A stretch of 64,000 nucleotides of DNA from an uncultured Ruminococcus sp. (GCA_947177205.1 CAMWTO010000001.1:4090-68089); one strand, 5' to 3'; shown: positions 53,751 to 62,682, numbered from the stretch's first letter. Translations and numbers: made by a program. Notes: generated by a model from the letters alone, not told the origin.

Positions 53751-54872
53751 ATGTACAATATTTTAACTTTAAATAAAATTGCTGCCTGCGGTACGGATCT
53801 GTTTGACAAGGCAAATTATACAGTCGGCAGTGATGTAGCGAATCCGGCAGGCATCCTGGTTCGTTCTGCAAAAATGCATGATATGGCATTCGGCGAAGAA
53901 TTGCTTGCCATTGGTCGTGCAGGCGCAGGCACAAATAATATTCCGGTTGACAAATGTGCTGAACAGGGCATTGTTGTGTTCAATTCTCCCGGTGCGAATG
54001 CAAACGCTGTGAAAGAATTAGTTGTTGCAGGACTGCTTCTTGCATCTCGTAAGGTGACAAAAGCGGTGCAGTGGGCGGCTGATCTGAAAGACACTGAAGA
54101 AGCCAACGTTGGCGCACAGGTGGAAAAAGGCAAGAGCCAGTTCGGCGGCTGTGAGATCACCGGCAAGACACTCGGCATTATCGGTCTGGGTGCAATCGGT
54201 CGGAAAGTCGCAAAAGCGGCATCCGCTCTGGGTATGACCGTTGTCGGCACAGATCCGTTCCTGAGTGAAGCAGCTGCACAGGAAATTGCGGATTGCTGTA
54301 AAGTGGTTGCTACCAAAGAAGAAGTTTACACAGAAGCAGATTATCTGACGATTCATGTGCCGTTCAATGCAGACACAAAGGGTTTTGTGAATGCAGAGAC
54401 CATTGCACAGATGAAGGACGGCGTTAAAATCCTGAACTTCGCAAGAGGTGAACTTGTCAATGATGCAGATCTCAAAACAGCTTTGGCATCCGGCAAAGTG
54501 GCTTGCTATGTGACGGACTTCCCGAATGCTGATACAGTTAATGTGGATGGGATCGTTGCCATTCCGCATCTGGGTGCATCCACGGCAGAATCTGAAGATA
54601 ACTGCGCAATTATGGCGGCAAATGAATTGATTGATTATATCGAGAACGGTAATATTAAAAATTCCGTGAATTTCCCCAATGTATCTCTGGATGCCGCAGG
54701 CAAGAAGACAACAGTTCTGCACAAGGCAGATGCAGATCTGTCCGGCATTGCTGCTGATGCAAAGGCAACCGGCACAAAGGGCGGATTCGGTTACACGATC
54801 CTTGCAGGAGACGTGGACGCAGAAGCAGTCAAGGCAATTGACGGCGTGATCCGTGTGAGAGTGCTTGCTTAA
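53751..54872 (+). CDS. serA: D-3-phosphoglycerate dehydrogenase (short form with small C-terminal regulatory-like domain)
   Basis: 373 aa. NAD-binding G.IGLG.IG..VA, R.G.G.NNI, H.P....T....N, and ..ARG..V motifs. Adjacent to serC. Confidence 0.85.
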   Translation: MYNILTLNKIAACGTDLFDKANYTVGSDVANPAGILVRSAKMHDMAFGEELLAIGRAGAGTNNIPVDKCAEQGIVVFNSPGANANAVKELVVAGLLLASRKVTKAVQWAADLKDTEEANVGAQVEKGKSQFGGCEITGKTLGIIGLGAIGRKVAKAASALGMTVVGTDPFLSEAAAQEIADCCKVVATKEEVYTEADYLTIHVPFNADTKGFVNAETIAQMKDGVKILNFARGELVNDADLKTALASGKVACYVTDFPNADTVNVDGIVAIPHLGASTAESEDNCAIMAANELIDYIENGNIKNSVNFPNVSLDAAGKKTTVLHKADADLSGIAADAKATGTKGGFGYTILAGDVDAEAVKAIDGVIRVRVLA

Positions 54873-54896
54873 TGAAATTATTTGAAAACAAAAAAA

Positions 54897-54932
54897 GCGC
54901 CTGTCTGGCTCTGAAACAGACGGGCGTTTTTT
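54897..54932 (+). terminator. intrinsic terminator after serA
   Basis: GCGCCTGTCTG / CAGACGGGCG stem with one G.T pair, followed by TTTTTT. Preceded by an A-run. Confidence 0.8.
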
Positions 54933-54963
54933 GAACTATGAGGGCATAATAAGAGTATAATTT

Positions 54964-56346
54964 ATGAAAAAAAGTTTAATTGCAGTGACAGCATTACTGC
55001 TGACGCTCACAGCCTGTGGTTCTATCAAAGAAGATGAACAGGCAACAGAAACAGAGGGACTGTCTGTCGCCGAGCCGAAATTAGAAACAATAGAAGAAAC
55101 AAAAGAAGAAACACAAGAAGAGTTTACTGAATCCGATACGGAGGAAGAAACAGAAACTCAATCGGAATATATTCAGGCATATGCAGCTGTTTATGAAAAG
55201 ACAATTACCTTTGCATGGGGACTGGAGTCTATCTCAGAAAGAGAGATAGAGCTACAAAACTCTGAAGATAATATTAATTTTGAGACCGTTGCAGTATTGC
55301 AGCCTGAAGATGAAACATATGACTATGAGATCACAGATAATTTTGAGATCCGTTATTTCAAGATCATACAGAAGCAGCCGGATGATACCTACAAAGAATC
55401 CCCTACCATGATCTTCAAGCAGGACGAAGCGGGAGAATACTATGCTGACTTTCCGGATACAGATGGTGATGGGATAAACGATGTACTGGAAATCCTGTAT
55501 GGAACAGCTATTGATAATCCAGATACAGACGGAGATGGTCTGACAGATTATGAAGAAGCATATCTTTGCTTAACAGACCCAACGGTTTATGATTCTGTCA
55601 CAAAGGGTGTTCCGGACAGTGATGCGGATACAGATGGGGACGGACTGACCAACGTAGAGGAAATCGCAGCGGGTACATATCCACACAAAGAGGACAGCGA
55701 TGATGACGGTCTGACGGATTATGAGGAAGTATATACTTATAAGACCGATCCGCTCGAATATGATACGGATGAGGACGGACTTCCGGACGGCATAGAAATC
55801 AGAGTAGAGCTTGACCCTCTGAACTCTGCCACGCACGGAACACCGGACGCAGAATATACAGTGACAATGACATATACTGCGGATGATGATATATTCAAGT
55901 ATATTAACAATAAAGAAAGTTCCTATCAGATGTCGATTGAAGTAGAAGGTACGGCTATGGCAGTAACAACACTATATGCAAGTGAAAGTGGTTATTCTAA
56001 TGTGATGGAGAATGAAGCGATTCTGGGCATGATTCCGGAGATTACTTCTAGCGATGAAGACGGTATCACCAGAATCAAGATCATGTTTGAAATTGCAGAG
56101 GAATACTGGGATAATACTCTCAACCGCTATCCGGATGAACCGGAGATGCAGGGTCTGAAACGTCTGAATTTTTTCCACTTCTTTGAGGACACCAATATGT
56201 CCCTCCCGATCGAAACAAAGCATGATCTGGAAAAGCATATTGTCTATGCAGAGGTGGATGAACCGGGAACATATTGCATTGTAGATATGGAAATGTGGCT
56301 TGCACAGATGGAAGATATTGCCAATGACTCACGTCTGCAAAATTAA
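54964..56346 (+). CDS. lipoprotein with thrombospondin type-3-like Ca-binding repeats
   Basis: 460 aa. Lipobox LLTLTAC|GS. At least five D.D.DG..D..E units (DTDGDGINDVLE, DTDGDGLTDYEE, DTDGDGLTNVEE, DSDDDGLTDYEE, DTDEDGLPDGIE). Confidence 0.7.
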   Translation: MKKSLIAVTALLLTLTACGSIKEDEQATETEGLSVAEPKLETIEETKEETQEEFTESDTEEETETQSEYIQAYAAVYEKTITFAWGLESISEREIELQNSEDNINFETVAVLQPEDETYDYEITDNFEIRYFKIIQKQPDDTYKESPTMIFKQDEAGEYYADFPDTDGDGINDVLEILYGTAIDNPDTDGDGLTDYEEAYLCLTDPTVYDSVTKGVPDSDADTDGDGLTNVEEIAAGTYPHKEDSDDDGLTDYEEVYTYKTDPLEYDTDEDGLPDGIEIRVELDPLNSATHGTPDAEYTVTMTYTADDDIFKYINNKESSYQMSIEVEGTAMAVTTLYASESGYSNVMENEAILGMIPEITSSDEDGITRIKIMFEIAEEYWDNTLNRYPDEPEMQGLKRLNFFHFFEDTNMSLPIETKHDLEKHIVYAEVDEPGTYCIVDMEMWLAQMEDIANDSRLQN

Positions 56347-56432
56347 ATTGCAGGGAGTCTCCGCTGGCGATAAGCTTCTCCAAAGATCGGCATATTCTGT
56401 TTTGATTCCAGATAAGCAAGGAGGAACTTATA

Positions 56433-56552
56433 ATGAAAAAACAGTTCAGGAAAAATAAGAAAACATCCAGAGTCTGGAATATTCTAGATTTTATGATAGA
56501 TATTTTAGAATTATTTGTGGATATTACAAAGATCTTTCTGGATGATATTTGA
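56433..56552 (+). CDS. small ORF: 39-aa peptide with a basic N-terminus and an acidic amphipathic C-terminus
   Basis: MKKQFRKNKKTSRVWNILDFMIDILELFVDITKIFLDDI. Strong RBS AAGGAGG (56418-56424) 8 nt upstream of the ATG. Confidence 0.45.
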   Translation: MKKQFRKNKKTSRVWNILDFMIDILELFVDITKIFLDDI

Positions 56553-56568
56553 TTGTGAGGTGACAGAT

Positions 56569-56742
56569 TTGCGAAAGAAGAAAAACAAGAAAAATTTTAA
56601 AAAATCCAAAATCAGGAAATTTATTTTTAAAATTAAGCTAGTGATTGCCATTCTGGAATTGCTTCAGGCAACGGCAACAGTCGTCTGGTTTTATCAGAAA
56701 TTTTTCAAAAAAAATAATAAAAAAAGCAAGAAAAATAAATAA
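56569..56742 (+). CDS. small ORF: 57-aa very basic peptide with a central hydrophobic helix
   Basis: TTG start 5 nt after GGTGA (56559-56563). (M)RKKKNKKNFKKSKIRKFIFKIKLVIAILELLQATATVVWFYQKFFKKNNKKSKKNK. The track ORF starts earlier (56515) and overlaps the previous peptide. Confidence 0.4.
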   Translation: MRKKKNKKNFKKSKIRKFIFKIKLVIAILELLQATATVVWFYQKFFKKNNKKSKKNK

Positions 56743-56782
56743 TTTTTTAAAATAAATTTTTCATCTTAAAAGGAGAGTTCCC

Positions 56783-57616
56783 ATGCAGGCAGGTGTTTCT
56801 ACGGCATGTCTCTATCCGGATCTGACCGAGGAGGCTTTGTATAATCTGGTGATCAATGGCATTTCCCATGTCGAAATTTTTATCAATTCGGACAGCGAAC
56901 TGCGCAAGCCGTTCATCCGGAATTTAGCGGACATCATGAAGCGTTACGGCACGACATGCCGGAGTCTGCACCCCTTTGCGTGTCCGATTGAACCGATGAT
57001 GCTGTTTTCAAGATATGAACGCCGTATGACGGACATGTTAGAATATTATAAAAAGCATTTTGAAATGATGAATCTTCTGGGCGCAGATATTTTTGTGTTA
57101 CATGGAAATTTTAGGGTCTGCGCCGTCTCTGTGGAATGTTACTGTGAACGTTTTGAAAAATTAGTCCGGCTTGGCAGAGAATCCGGGATTATTGTAGCAC
57201 AAGAAAACGTCGAGCGCTGTCAGAGCGGTTCGCTTCGGTTTCTCCGGGAAATGGTCAAAATTCTGGGGGATGATGCCCGTTTCGTCCTGGACATCAAACA
57301 GGCAGTCCGGGCGGGGGAGAATCCCATCCAGATGCTTCACACACTGGGAAATCGTGTGTGTCACATTCACATGAGCGACCACAGAATCCAGGCAGAACCG
57401 AAAGCGGATTGTCTGGTACTGGGGGCAGGAGAATTTAAAATCCGGAATTTTCTGGAACATCTTGCGCAGTACAGACCGGATGCGTCCGTGATGCTGGAAT
57501 TATACCGGGAGAACTTCCGGGGGATTTCGGATCTGGTGAGCAGTTACCGGATGTTAGCCAGAATGATTTCCGGGATTGAGAAAAACAGACAGGATGCAGG
57601 AAATTTAAAAATATAA
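56783..57616 (+). CDS. sugar phosphate isomerase/epimerase (xylose isomerase-like TIM barrel)
   Basis: 277 aa. Pattern of ..HVE.F...., VLHG, ..QEN.E, and HIHMSD is typical of the AP_endonuc_2/TIM-barrel family. AAAGGAG RBS. Confidence 0.7.
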   Translation: MQAGVSTACLYPDLTEEALYNLVINGISHVEIFINSDSELRKPFIRNLADIMKRYGTTCRSLHPFACPIEPMMLFSRYERRMTDMLEYYKKHFEMMNLLGADIFVLHGNFRVCAVSVECYCERFEKLVRLGRESGIIVAQENVERCQSGSLRFLREMVKILGDDARFVLDIKQAVRAGENPIQMLHTLGNRVCHIHMSDHRIQAEPKADCLVLGAGEFKIRNFLEHLAQYRPDASVMLELYRENFRGISDLVSSYRMLARMISGIEKNRQDAGNLKI

Positions 57617-57668
57617 AAAATATGCAAAAATCAGGCAGAAAATCCGGGATTATTGTGAACTTTCTGCA

Positions 57669-57697
57669 TTGACAAAATTTTCCCTTTCTGGTATAAT
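57669..57697 (+). promoter_or_regulatory. sigma-A-type promoter for nrdR
   Basis: TTGACA - 17 nt - TATAAT, with a TGG extended -10. Confidence 0.75.
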
Positions 57698-57780
57698 AGT
57701 AATATTCCGGGTTGATTTTAAATATGTTTCAATCCGGGATATAGAGATTATTATTTATAATTAATGGGGTGGATTTTTCA

Positions 57781-58230
57781 ATGAAATGTCCGTATTGCAG
57801 TTATCAGGAGTCGAAAGTCATCGATTCCAGACCATCTGACGACCGCAAGCGCCGCCGGCGGGAATGTCTCAAATGTGGCAAGCGTTTCACGACGTATGAA
57901 GCCGTGGAACAGCCCATGCGGATTGTCATCAAGCGTGACGGATCGTTTGAGCCTTACGACCGAAGCAAGCTCATGAGCGGCATTTATCATGCGACGAAGA
58001 AACGTCCTGTTTCGATTGCGCAGGTCAATGCGATTGCCGATGAAGTCGAAGAAAGTTATATTGACAGTTGGAATAGTCAGATGAGTTCAGACAGAATCGG
58101 GGCACTTGTCCTGGAACATCTGAAACACCTGGATGAAATTGCCTACATCCGGTTTGCGTCCGTCTATCGGGATTTCAAGGATGCGGCAAGTTTCATGGCG
58201 GCGATTGTGGCATTGCAGAACGAGAAGTAA
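57781..58230 (+). CDS. nrdR: transcriptional repressor NrdR
   Basis: 149 aa from ATG 57781. MKCPYC......V.DSR......RRRREC..CG.RFTTYE zinc ribbon plus an ATP-cone domain. Confidence 0.92.
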   Translation: MKCPYCSYQESKVIDSRPSDDRKRRRRECLKCGKRFTTYEAVEQPMRIVIKRDGSFEPYDRSKLMSGIYHATKKRPVSIAQVNAIADEVEESYIDSWNSQMSSDRIGALVLEHLKHLDEIAYIRFASVYRDFKDAASFMAAIVALQNEK

Positions 58231-58260
58231 GTTTTTCTGAATTTTCGGAGGGATATTTTT

Positions 58261-58668
58261 ATGAACAGTGATGATATCATTCAACAGATTTTTCATCCGG
58301 AAGATGAGACAGATTATTTTGATCCGGTGGAAATACAGGAAAATAAGGCGATTGCGGTCCTTGCAAGCATTCCTATTCTGTTCTGGCTGCCACTGGTAGC
58401 GTGTCAGGGATGGTCATCTTATGGGAGATTCTGTGCGAATCAGGGGCTGATCCTGCTTGTTGTCAATATTGCGTTGAGCGTTGTGCAAAGCATTCTGGGG
58501 ACAGTGCTGAGATTCATTCCGGGGATCGGCGGTGTGGTTGCCGGATTACTGGGACTGCTTGTCGGTGTAGCAGGATTTGCAGCATTCCTGCTTTTATTAA
58601 TCAGTGCTTTTCAGGGAAAAGCAAGGAGAATTCCATTAATCGGCAGATTATTTGAGGCATTCCAGTAA
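58261..58668 (+). CDS. small membrane protein (3 predicted TM segments)
   Basis: 135 aa. GGAGGG RBS. Hydrophobic segments AIAVLASIPILFWLPLV, GLILLVVNIALSVV, and GGVVAGLLGLLVGVAGFAAFLLLLISAF. No secure family call. Confidence 0.55.
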   Translation: MNSDDIIQQIFHPEDETDYFDPVEIQENKAIAVLASIPILFWLPLVACQGWSSYGRFCANQGLILLVVNIALSVVQSILGTVLRFIPGIGGVVAGLLGLLVGVAGFAAFLLLLISAFQGKARRIPLIGRLFEAFQ

Positions 58669-58674
58669 TTAAAA

Positions 58675-59172
58675 TTAATTTAAAATTACCGGCTTGCCCT
58701 GCATGTCAAGCGTTTCGCTGTCCTGTCCTGGGTGATAGCACTGTGCGCCGACAAGAATGCCGTCCGCTGTGAGCAATTCTGCGTATAGCACGGGATTCTC
58801 AGAACTCTGATCATAATCAGAAGCATTTAATTCATAGATATAAACGATTCCGTGTGCGCCGGTGTATTGCGCAAATGGCAAGTTTTGCATTTCCTGGAGT
58901 GCGATATATTTATTAAAATTATTAAAATTATCAGAATTTCCAGGATTCCCGGAATCCGGAATATCTGAAATATCCGGAATGACCACAGGACGGGAGTTGT
59001 GCAGTGTTCCATCCCATCCCTGGGACAAGAGCCAGGTGCTCCGGTCGTCTTCTGTTACGGCAGGAATCTGCTGTACGGGGATTTTCTGTTTCTGGTTCAG
59101 GATCAGCACAACGGCGCAGAACAGCGCCGGAATCAGGATAAATAAATATCTGGAATATTTTTTGATACTCAT
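58675..59172 (-). CDS. DUF4830-like membrane-anchored protein
   Basis: 165 aa with an N-terminal TM anchor. ..WLLSQGW........V.IP.....Y..LQ....P....YTG......Y.L pattern resembles DUF4830. Contains an inserted DIPDSGNPGNSDNFNNF linker. Confidence 0.55.
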   Translation of the reverse strand: MSIKKYSRYLFILIPALFCAVVLILNQKQKIPVQQIPAVTEDDRSTWLLSQGWDGTLHNSRPVVIPDISDIPDSGNPGNSDNFNNFNKYIALQEMQNLPFAQYTGAHGIVYIYELNASDYDQSSENPVLYAELLTADGILVGAQCYHPGQDSETLDMQGKPVILN

Positions 59173-59260
59173 AAACGGCTCGTCACGCTCCTGTAATGAT
59201 TATAAATTATTATTATTTATGCATTGCAGGACGAGTTTAGAATATTGGAGTGTTGTGACA

Positions 59261-60040
59261 ATGGCAGAAATCAGACTGGATAAGTTTCTGGCGAACAGAA
59301 GTAATTATTCCCGGAGTGAAGTGAAGTCTTTGCTTCGGAATGGTGCTGTCCGTGTGGATTCTGTTGTAGAATCCGACGGCAGCCGGAAGATTGATCCGGA
59401 TGCACAAAGCGTTACCTGTCAGGGCAGACGGATTCAGGGCGGTTCTCATCTCTATTTGATGTTAAACAAGCCGCAGGGATATATCTGTGCTACAGAAGAC
59501 CGGATGCACAAAACAGTCCTGGACTTGCTCCCGGAATCACTCCGGATCAAGGGTGTATTCCCGGCAGGACGGCTGGACATTGACAGCACAGGATTTGTTC
59601 TGCTCACGGATGACGGACAGTTTGCACATGATATGCTTGCGCCAGGGAAACACATCCCGAAATATTATCTTGTATGCCTGCGTGATCCGATCGGAGATCA
59701 GGATATACAGGCAATCTCTAAGGGGATTGTTCTTTCGGATCAGACACATTGTCTGCCGGCACAGGCACGGGCGTTTCCCGGTTTTTGTGCGTTGATCTGT
59801 CTGCATGAAGGAAAATATCACCAGGTCAAACGCATGTTTGCAAGTCTTGGCAACCATGTGGAATCTCTGCACCGGGTTGCCATCGGCAGACTGGTTTTGC
59901 CGGAAAATTTGCGCTCCGGGGGATATTTAGAACTTCTGCACAAAGATCTTTCAAGAATGTTGAAAGCACCGGACTTTGATTCGATCTATGAACAGATTTT
60001 GAAAAATTTTTCGTCATATTCTATAAATGCAAGCCCCTAA
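59261..60040 (+). CDS. rsuA: pseudouridine synthase, RsuA/RluB family (S4 domain + catalytic GRLD motif)
   Basis: 259 aa from ATG 59261 (MAEIRLDKFLA...S.SRSE.K.L...G.V.V). Catalytic GRLDIDSTG and ..EGKYHQVKRMF... The track ORF's 133-aa N-terminal extension is antisense to the DUF4830 gene and is not coding. Confidence 0.85.
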   Translation: MAEIRLDKFLANRSNYSRSEVKSLLRNGAVRVDSVVESDGSRKIDPDAQSVTCQGRRIQGGSHLYLMLNKPQGYICATEDRMHKTVLDLLPESLRIKGVFPAGRLDIDSTGFVLLTDDGQFAHDMLAPGKHIPKYYLVCLRDPIGDQDIQAISKGIVLSDQTHCLPAQARAFPGFCALICLHEGKYHQVKRMFASLGNHVESLHRVAIGRLVLPENLRSGGYLELLHKDLSRMLKAPDFDSIYEQILKNFSSYSINASP

Positions 60041-60125
60041 GTTTAGGTAATCGGCGAATTGAAAAATGTTTCAGAATTTGTTATGATAATAATAGGCAGA
60101 TATTGACCGGCGGTTTTTATGTGAG

Positions 60126-60166
60126 AATTTAATTTTAATTTTAATTTTAATTTTAATTTTAATTTA
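60126..60166 (+). repeat. hexanucleotide microsatellite (AATTTT)5 flanked by two imperfect units
   Basis: AATTT + AATTTT x5 (60131-60160) + AATTTA. Lies about 55 nt upstream of the ABC ATPase start codon. Confidence 0.95.
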
Positions 60167-60218
60167 CATAAGCGGTCTTGTCTGAAAAAATTTTTTTGTA
60201 AATGGAGGATTTAAATAA

Positions 60219-61367
60219 ATGGCTGGTTTATCACTCAAAGGCATCTATAAGAAATATCCGGGCGGATATGTTGCTGTAACAGATGTCAATCTGGAAATCC
60301 GGGACAAAGAATTTATTATCCTGGTAGGACCTTCCGGCTGCGGCAAATCTACCACACTGCGTATGGTTGCCGGTCTGGAAGAAATCTCTGAGGGCGAGCT
60401 TTACATCGGCGACAGACTTGTCAATGACGTTGCGCCGAAAGACAGAGACATCGCAATGGTGTTCCAGAACTATGCACTTTATCCGCATATGACTGTATTT
60501 GATAATATGGCATTCGGTCTGAAACTGCGGAAAGTTCCGAAAGATGAAATTGAAAAGAAAGTAATGGAAGCTGCGAAAATCCTGGATCTGACCCATCTGC
60601 TTGACAGAAAGCCGAAGGCAATGTCCGGTGGTCAGTGCCAGCGTGTGGCGCTCGGTCGTGCGATCGTGCGTTCCCCGAAAGTGTTCCTGCTTGACGAGCC
60701 GCTGTCTAACCTGGATGCGAAGCTCCGTGCGCAGATGAGAACAGAAATTTCCAAACTGCACAAAAAGCTTGGTACAACGTTTATTTACGTAACGCATGAC
60801 CAGACAGAGGCTATGACCATGGGCGACAGAATCGTGGTTATGAAAGATGGTTTCATTCAGCAGGTAAATACGCCGCAGGAGCTGTATGAGCATCCCGTTA
60901 ACAAATTCGTTGCAGGATTCCTGGGATCTCCGCAGATGAACTTCATTGATGCAAGGCTGGACAGAAATGCATCCGGGCAGTACGTAGTTCATTTTGGTTC
61001 TGCAGACAGCAGATCCGGCAGAGGTACACAGTATGAGATCATCGTTCCGGAAGCAAAAGTCAGTGCGGATCTTCCGAAATATGTCGGACGTGAAGTGACA
61101 CTCGGTATCCGTCCGGAGAGTGTTCATGATGAACCAATGTATCTGAGCACAGCAACAACCGGTATTGTGGACTGTGAAGTAGAAATTACAGAAATGATGG
61201 GTGCAGAAACGTATCTGTATCTGACCTGCGCAGGTAATTCTATCACAGCCAGAGTTTCTCCGAGTTCTACATCCAGACCCGGCGACACGATCAAAGTAGC
61301 ACTTGATGCAAACAGAATTCATCTGTTTGACAAAGAGACAGAGCGTGCCATTATTAATCAGGGCTGA
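60219..61367 (+). CDS. carbohydrate ABC transporter ATP-binding protein (MsmX/MalK/UgpC type)
   Basis: 382 aa. Walker A GPSGCGKST, Q-loop, signature LSGGQ-like MSGGQCQRVALGRA, Walker B FLLDEPLSNLD, H-loop. C-terminal TOBE-like regulatory domain. No permease or binding-protein gene is adjacent. Confidence 0.88.
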   Translation: MAGLSLKGIYKKYPGGYVAVTDVNLEIRDKEFIILVGPSGCGKSTTLRMVAGLEEISEGELYIGDRLVNDVAPKDRDIAMVFQNYALYPHMTVFDNMAFGLKLRKVPKDEIEKKVMEAAKILDLTHLLDRKPKAMSGGQCQRVALGRAIVRSPKVFLLDEPLSNLDAKLRAQMRTEISKLHKKLGTTFIYVTHDQTEAMTMGDRIVVMKDGFIQQVNTPQELYEHPVNKFVAGFLGSPQMNFIDARLDRNASGQYVVHFGSADSRSGRGTQYEIIVPEAKVSADLPKYVGREVTLGIRPESVHDEPMYLSTATTGIVDCEVEITEMMGAETYLYLTCAGNSITARVSPSSTSRPGDTIKVALDANRIHLFDKETERAIINQG

Positions 61368-61400
61368 TTGGATGAAATTAAATTAATGAAATAAAATGAA

Positions 61401-61433
61401 ATTCCCCTGTTTTTTTGACAGGGGAATATTTTT
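61401..61433 (+). terminator. intrinsic terminator after the ABC ATPase gene
   Basis: ATTCCCCTGT (61401-61410) / ACAGGGGAAT (61418-61427), a 10-bp perfect stem, followed by ATTTTT. Confidence 0.8.
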
Positions 61434-61495
61434 AGATAAAAATACAGAAAATACAGGGGAAAATTTATCAAAACTGCTGAAAATTGCACAGACGC

Positions 61496-61524
61496 TTGAC
61501 TTTTTACAAAAATCGTGGTACACT
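61496..61524 (+). promoter_or_regulatory. sigma-A-type promoter of the hrcA-grpE-dnaK operon
   Basis: TTGACT - 17 nt - TACACT, with a TGG extended -10. Directly followed by CIRCE. Confidence 0.7.
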
Positions 61525-61528
61525 AAAC

Positions 61529-61555
61529 TTAGCACTCGGAGAATGAGAGTGCTAA
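61529..61555 (+). promoter_or_regulatory. CIRCE operator (HrcA binding site)
   Basis: Perfect TTAGCACTC-N9-GAGTGCTAA inverted repeat. Confidence 0.95.
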
Positions 61556-61596
61556 CACTTGCAGAGAAGAAATTTCAGGGGCGTGAATCTTAAATT

Positions 61597-62682
61597 ATGA
61601 TGCGTATCAATGAACGGAAACTAAAGATCCTTGCCGCTGTTGTAGAATTCTACGTCAGGACGGGCGAGCCGGTCGGTTCTAAAATGATTGCTTCTCTGCC
61701 GGAAATTCATGTTTCTGCTGCCACTGTGCGCAATGATATGGCGGTTCTCGAACAGCTTGGCTATCTAGAACAGCCGCACACGTCTGCCGGCAGAGTTCCC
61801 ACCATCCAGGGCTATCGGCTTTACATTGAAAAGCTGATGTCTCCGGCGGATCTTCCAGAAGAAGAACGGGAAAGACTCGATCACATGCTTGGTGTCAACG
61901 AAAACGGGAATCAGATGAGTGAAGAACTCCTGATTCAGAATGCAACAACGGCGTTAGCAGAACTGACGAAGTGTGCCGCAGTTGTTTCGGATTTTTCTCC
62001 GCAGTTTTCCGTGATTTCCAAAGTAGAAGTCATCCCGACAGGAAAGCGTGTGTATGTGATTTTGTTAATCACATCCGGCGGCAGTATCAAAAACAAGGCG
62101 TGTCGTCTGGAATTTGATCTGACAAGAGAACAGCTCAGTTGGTTTTCCGGCTATTTGTCCGAACATCTGGAGGGGATTTCTGTTTCAGAACTGTCTGACG
62201 AACTGATGGAGAATCTGACAGCGGCAATGACTGCCTACATGATGAGTCTTTCACCGCTTGTACAAGGCGTGTTTGAATTATACCGGGATCTGCGGCAGCA
62301 TGCCTTATTATGCAAAGGCGAGAAACATCTGTTTTCTTACGAGGATCTGGACAAAATGGAAATCGTCCGGTTCATCGAACACAAAGATGAATTAATTCAG
62401 CTCATGGATGATTCTTTCAGCGGTATCCGTGTCGTGTTCGGCAAGGACAGAGAAAATTTTGTCATCGGCAATTCCAGTATGATTGTGTCAAAATATCGTA
62501 AGGGCGGAAAGAATGTTGGTTCTCTTGGTGTCATTGGTCCTATGCGTCTGGATTATGCGAAAGTGATTCCCTATATTGCATATTTTTCACAAAAAATCAC
62601 AGATCTGATTTCAGAACAGTCTGAGCAATCAAAGCAGACCAGAGAGCCGTGTCCGGATGAAGAAGATCAGAAAAAGTTTTAA
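61597..62682 (+). CDS. hrcA: heat-inducible transcription repressor HrcA
   Basis: 361 aa. N-terminal winged-helix ..R..ILAAVVE.Y..TGEPVGSK.......V.VS.ATVRNDMA.LE..G.L..PHTSAGR.PT..GYR.Y. Operon context with CIRCE, grpE and dnaK. Confidence 0.92.
   Translation: MMRINERKLKILAAVVEFYVRTGEPVGSKMIASLPEIHVSAATVRNDMAVLEQLGYLEQPHTSAGRVPTIQGYRLYIEKLMSPADLPEEERERLDHMLGVNENGNQMSEELLIQNATTALAELTKCAAVVSDFSPQFSVISKVEVIPTGKRVYVILLITSGGSIKNKACRLEFDLTREQLSWFSGYLSEHLEGISVSELSDELMENLTAAMTAYMMSLSPLVQGVFELYRDLRQHALLCKGEKHLFSYEDLDKMEIVRFIEHKDELIQLMDDSFSGIRVVFGKDRENFVIGNSSMIVSKYRKGGKNVGSLGVIGPMRLDYAKVIPYIAYFSQKITDLISEQSEQSKQTREPCPDEEDQKKF

Noticed and set aside
57636-57667. The GCAGAAA...TTTCTGC hairpin after the isomerase gene, considered as a terminator. 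Also looked for NrdR boxes near the nrdR promoter.
   Set aside because: The stem is 7 bp with an 18-nt loop and no T-run, and it overlaps the nrdR -35 region. No NrdR-box-like palindrome pair was seen.
58862-59260. The 133-aa N-terminal extension of the pseudouridine synthase ORF.
   Set aside because: It is antisense to the DUF4830 gene. The S4-domain start MAEIRLDKFL at 59261 has its own RBS and matches the family N-terminus.
60121-60170. Regularly spaced A/T repeats, considered as a CRISPR-like or other array.
   Set aside because: The unit is only 6 bp with no spacers, so it is a simple microsatellite. No CRISPR repeats or cas genes occur anywhere in the window.
60231-61322. A 363-aa ORF antisense to the ABC ATPase gene.
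   Set aside because: It exactly mirrors a well-supported CDS. Its composition is Cys/Arg/His-rich and low-complexity, and it has no RBS. This is a typical shadow ORF. The same reasoning applies to 54018-54722, 53816-54316, 12525-13133, 20163-20786, 21603-22169, 31022-31564, 32828-33307 and 63256-63762.
61396-61593. A 65-aa ORF between the ABC ATPase gene and hrcA.
   Set aside because: It spans the terminator hairpin (61401-61433), the hrcA promoter and the CIRCE operator. It is regulatory DNA, not coding.
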